DNA of 63,949 bases, the filler included, from Licmophora abbreviata (Eukaryota), in assembly GCA_900291995.1 (NCBI GenBank). It is 10 parts of 10 records of this genome, joined end to end, with 100 filler letters (N's around TTAATTAATTAA, not from the genome) between each part and the next. Parts side by side here need not be neighbours in the genome. Positions count along the whole stretch, not along the records: positions 57,362 to 60,852 come from OLMU01004049.1; positions 60,953 to 63,949 come from OLMU01004053.1; 8 more parts are not named here. One strand, 5' to 3'. The notes under the pieces are model-generated. The model saw only the letters and a list, made by a program, of their open reading frames with translations, searched no databases and was not told the DNA's origin. Shown here in pieces: positions 59,760 through 63,949 of this stretch. Position 1 is the stretch's first letter. The number at the start of each line of letters is the position of its first letter. The translations under genes and the position numbers were made by a program.

Positions 59760-60852
59760 TCACATTGTCGCACTCGCAATCGTGAAACCAGTTCCACCCA
59801 CAATCAAGGCACCTGCTCCACCCACCGCAAAGGGGCGCCATCCAACGCCCTTGAGAGAATCGATCGATGTGCTGAGACCCACCCCCGCCATAGCTGTTCC
59901 CAACGCGAATTTGCTAATGTCATTTCCGATAAGATTCATAGCTTCTTGATACAGGGTTGTCCCTTCTTGTGCCGATGACAGAAGAAAGTAATCGCCACAT
60001 GATCGAAACGTCGACATTCCAACAAAGGCTATCAAAAAGGGAGGAACGTACTTTTGAAATGTGACAAGACCCGAGAGAGTTTCAGTCCCTGCATCGTCTG
60101 CAGCAGTCTTCTTCGTTTGACCAGACTGATGAGCAAACGTCAGCGCTGGAATGGCAATTGCAAGACCCAGATTACGCGTGAGCTTGGTGACGGTCGCCAC
60201 TTTCAATGCTAAATCATCGTCAAAGGTATCTCGGTACGACATTGCGGCTCCCAGCACCTGCGAGGTGTCGTGAATAGCCACTCCCAGACACATTCCGACT
60301 TGTTCCGAAGAGCCGCACAGAAAGTCAAACAAAAATGGATAGACAAGCATGCCTACAGTTCCAAAGGCAACGGTATTGGCCACCGCTACCGCTGTATCTC
60401 GATTGGAAGCCTGAATAGCCGGGGCGAGTGCAGTAATGGCAGTGACGCCACAAATTGACGTTCCGGCTGTCAGCAAGAGGCTCATTTCTGTGTTGAGACC
60501 CGCATATCGTCCCATGGCTGGAATAGCGAGGAGACCAGCACCCATAGCCCCGGCTACTACTGGTATACAATGAGACCCTGTAGTCAGAAGATCAACAAAG
60601 GAGAGCTTGGCTGCGACAGCAACAATGCCTCCTTGAAGCACAGTCTTGGTGGAAAACGTAATGCCTTGTTTGAACGTATCAGGATAATGTGTCGTATTTC
60701 GAATGGCCATGCCCAACAGAATGGAAACAGGAATTCCCGACAAGGGTACTCCGAGCGTAGAGGAAATGAGGGAAGCCGCTTGAAAGCCTGCCGCCGCTGT
60801 CGTGCCACAAAGAGCCAAGCCAGGAAGAACTGATGACGAGCTAGTAGTTTTC
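59760..60852 (-). CDS. YeiH/UPF0324 putative sulfate exporter (PSE) family transporter, 5'-partial
   Basis: ILLGMAIRN, GTSICGVTAI.A.AP, GVAIHDTSQV.GAA, KLTRN and AMAGVGL motifs, about 10 TMs. Confidence 0.88.
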
Positions 60853-61613
60853 NNNNNNNNNNNNNNNNNNNNNNNNNNNNNNNNNNNNNNNNNNNNTTAA
60901 TTAATTAANNNNNNNNNNNNNNNNNNNNNNNNNNNNNNNNNNNNNNNNNNNNGGGTGGGTGGGTGGTGAGTCCAAGATTTGTGAGGAGAACCTTAGTCTT
61001 CTCTAACTCGAGACTCGGTTCTTGTTCTTCCAGTGAGCCAGATCATGATGTCATGATGATGGCTGGTGAAGCAAGCAAGAACAACTCGTCGTCTGGCGGG
61101 TGCTGGGCGGGAAGCGCAGGGGCCAACCCGAAGCAAGCTCGCGGCAATTCTGACGTGCGACCTTGAACATATGATCGTCTGAGAGCGATGGATGGTGCGG
61201 GAAGACCCTATGCTAAAGTGTTGTCTGTTGTAGCTTCAAGAAATGTCATACAAGCAACAAGCAAATGATGAATGAATCGTTGGTGCTACTACTCTCAACA
61301 ATCGCTTCCCGCGCAGCACTCCCACCGCGACGTTCTCTCACTTGAGTATAAAAGAGATTGCAGTGTACAAGGAGTCGTGAACTACTTAGTCTACCCGTAT
61401 TACTGATCAAAAACCTTGCATTTAATCGATTGGCGTTTCGTTCCAAGCACGAAACGCAGTTCGAAATAATCGGCGGTTTTGGCCTGCAAAATGGCCATAA
61501 GTAAAAAGTTCCGAGGTGTCAACTATTGTGTCACAGCGACAATCCCGGTTCTAAATGATGTGCTCGAACTCATTTCACTCATTCATTTCTCGCCAAAAGA
61601 GAATTATGTTACC

Positions 61614-63712
61614 ATGAACCAAGACGACGACGCCCGCATTCTCAGTGAGGCCGCTCTCCTGGACAGTCCTCCGTCTGGATGGAATGCTAGTGACGTTCTT
61701 CGTATGGCGGCGGAAGAAAATTCGGACGAAGATAACGGCGCTGAAGAGACAGTCTCCACCATGGCCTCAACGACGGCCGATCACGTGCCGCACGTCTCTC
61801 GTCCAGCGGCTGTCGCCCGACAGAAACGCATCCGCCGTGGCCAAGACAAACAAAGCATGCTGAATATGTATCAGCAGCAGTCGAACCAGGTTTCCGAGGA
61901 AGCCACGACGAAGATACTCCGAAAGATCAAAGGCTATTATCGATACAGAGTCCTCCCCTTGGAAAAGATGTACTCGTTGTACTCGTTCACCAGCATGCCT
62001 ACCAGGCACGCTCTAAGAGACGAAGAATTTGAAGCGCTTCCGATGGTGAGACTTATAGTGGCTTGAGATCTGTGAATTTTTGTTCTGATTTAAAACGTAA
62101 ACCTGGCCTCCCGTCTAGTCTAGTGCGGGACCCGCCAAACTCGGGAACGAACACTAACTCTTGTTGTTCCCGTTTTCGATATTCTCTTGTTCTCAACTTC
62201 TAATAGATTCTTCTCTTGGGACCGTACTCGACCGGAAAGACCACTTTCATCCGCCATACCCTTGGCTGTGACTTCCCTGGAATTCATATCGGCCCAGAGC
62301 CTACCTCCGACAAGTTCGTTGCGCTCCTTCATGGAGGTAGCGATGGTGTCTCGTTCGATGAGGAGTTGGAAGGTGGAGACGGCGACGAGGGTGGTGGAAA
62401 GATAATTAAAGGAAACACTCTGACAGTAACCCCAGAACTCCCCTTTGGATCCCTGTCCTCTTTTGGTTCTGCCTTTTTGAACCACTTCAATGGAAGCGTC
62501 TCCTCGTCGCCACTGCTGCGTAATGTGACCATCGTCGACACGCCGGGCGTCCTGTCGGGAGAGAAGCAGCGTCTGTCGCGCGACTACGACTTTGCCCAAG
62601 CTGCCAAATGGTTTGCGGATCGCAGTGATATGATTCTAATGCTGTTTGATGCACACAAGCTCGATTTCAGCGATGAACTCAAGGATGTGGTAGAAACGAT
62701 CCGTCCCCATAACGACGACAAGATCCGTTGTGTCCTGAACAAGTGCGATAGCGTCGAACGAGATCAACTCGTGCGCGTATACGGCTCCCTCATGTGGAGT
62801 CTGGGCAAGCTGCTTGATTCGCCGGAAGTGACTCGCGTGTATGCGGGATCATTCTGGGATGAGCCTCTGGTTCATGAAGACTTCAAATCCATGTTCGAGC
62901 ACGACGAGAAGTTGCTCATGCATGAGCTAGTCAACTTATCGAACAGCCGTGCCGAGCGCAAAGTGAATGCCATGGTTAAGCGCATTCGCCTTGTCAAGGT
63001 CCACATTTGTATCCTGGGCTACTTGAGCGAGAAGATGCCTCGCTGGTACGGTATGGCTCGTGCTCGGGAGAAGTTGATGGACGATTTGGATTCAGTCTTT
63101 GACCATGTCTGCCTCAAATACAACCTTTCCAAGGGAGACATGCCCAAGGTCGACGAGTTCCGCAAGTGCCTTGAGGGCTTTGATGACTTTACTGTCTTTC
63201 CAGTCCCGGAACAGGCAACTCTTCAGAAGTTGGATTCTCTTATTGAAAAGGACATCCCCGCTCTCATGAGAGGAAGTGGAATTCTCGGCAAGGGCGGTTC
63301 AGAGAGGGATGGCTCGATCCGTGGGGCCGCCAAGAGCAAGCTCCGCTTCCTATACGAACTTGGTTTCAGCATTCCAGCGGAAGATGGCGAGCTCCTCACT
63401 GAAGAGGAAGAAGGCGAAACGAATCGCAACACTACTAGCCTCGGAATGATATTCTGGGTGTCGCTTGTCGTGTGTACAATTTGCGGGGGCGTGTACTACG
63501 CGTTGCTGACGGCGGACCTGGTGGCCCCCGTATCAGAATGGAAGTGGCTGGCGCTCCCGGACTTGGAATTGAGGATGCCAGAGCTCAGTGTGCCCGAGTT
63601 CCGCATGCCCACGCTGAATGTGCCAGAATTCAAAATGACGAGTGTGATTTACATCGGTGGAGCTCTCTTCTTTTTGATGCTACATTTTCTCCTCCGCACG
63701 AGTCGCGTGTAG
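61614..63712 (+). CDS. EHD-family dynamin-like ATPase lacking an EH domain, with C-terminal TM segments; intron 62046-62206
   Basis: GPYSTGKT, IGPEPTSDKF, GNTL...PF..L..FG.AFL, DTPGVLSGEKQR.SR.YDF, FDAHKLD, VLNKCD, RVYGSLMWSLGK. Confidence 0.9.
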
Positions 63713-63949
63713 CTCTGCCGACGCGGCAGGAAGCGCATGATGGTTGAGAATGATTTAAATGGCGACCTGCTACATACTACATGAAATACATTGACTGCAT
63801 AAGCACAATACTCTAGTGGAAATGGCACCGACGAACAAGAACTAAAGTCGAACCGAGAAGGATACATTTTCTGCTACAAGAAGTACTGCCCTCGATGATA
63901 CAACGCTCAGCTACTCGTATACTTCGTACTCCGAGTAGTAGACTACGAG

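Noticed and set aside
11480..60852. Sulfur gene cluster (CDO, MsrA, YeiH)
   Set aside because: The genes are 20-27 kb apart with many unrelated genes and gaps between them; no evidence of clustering.
15378..60952. Recurrent TTAATTAATTAA palindrome, nine copies
   Set aside because: Always centred in identical 100-nt N blocks. It is an artificial six-frame-stop scaffold linker, not a biological repeat or transposon target site.

Overview
Gene-dense eukaryotic nuclear DNA, most likely from a diatom. This is inferred from short spliceosomal introns, bipartite signal+Phe plastid presequences and diatom-type secreted/Golgi families. About 35 protein-coding genes can be supported. They include a membrane-anchored tricorn (S41) protease, Borealin, cysteine dioxygenase, a plastid bestrophin-like channel, ICT1/ArfB, two tandem fucosyltransferase-like genes, a mitochondrial carrier, CAND1, CAP/Srv2, PP2C, MsrA, MUS81, Roadblock, two tandem EXPERA/TMEM97 genes, YtoQ, SPO11-2, dyskerin, clathrin light chain, COX6A, CDC73, an ABCF, GCNA, a YeiH/PSE transporter and an EHD ATPase with a transmembrane tail instead of an EH domain. 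Nine 100-nt N gaps carrying an artificial TTAATTAATTAA linker and several single-base frameshifts in short homopolymers indicate a draft assembly. I saw no RNA gene, transposon or CRISPR array. The most unusual items are the anchored tricorn protease, the EH-less TM-anchored EHD, a secreted His-less SOD-fold protein with silica/cell-wall-like motifs, a mitochondrion-targeted YtoQ, and loose linkage of SPO11-2, MUS81 and GCNA. All family calls come from motif recognition by eye; no database search was run.
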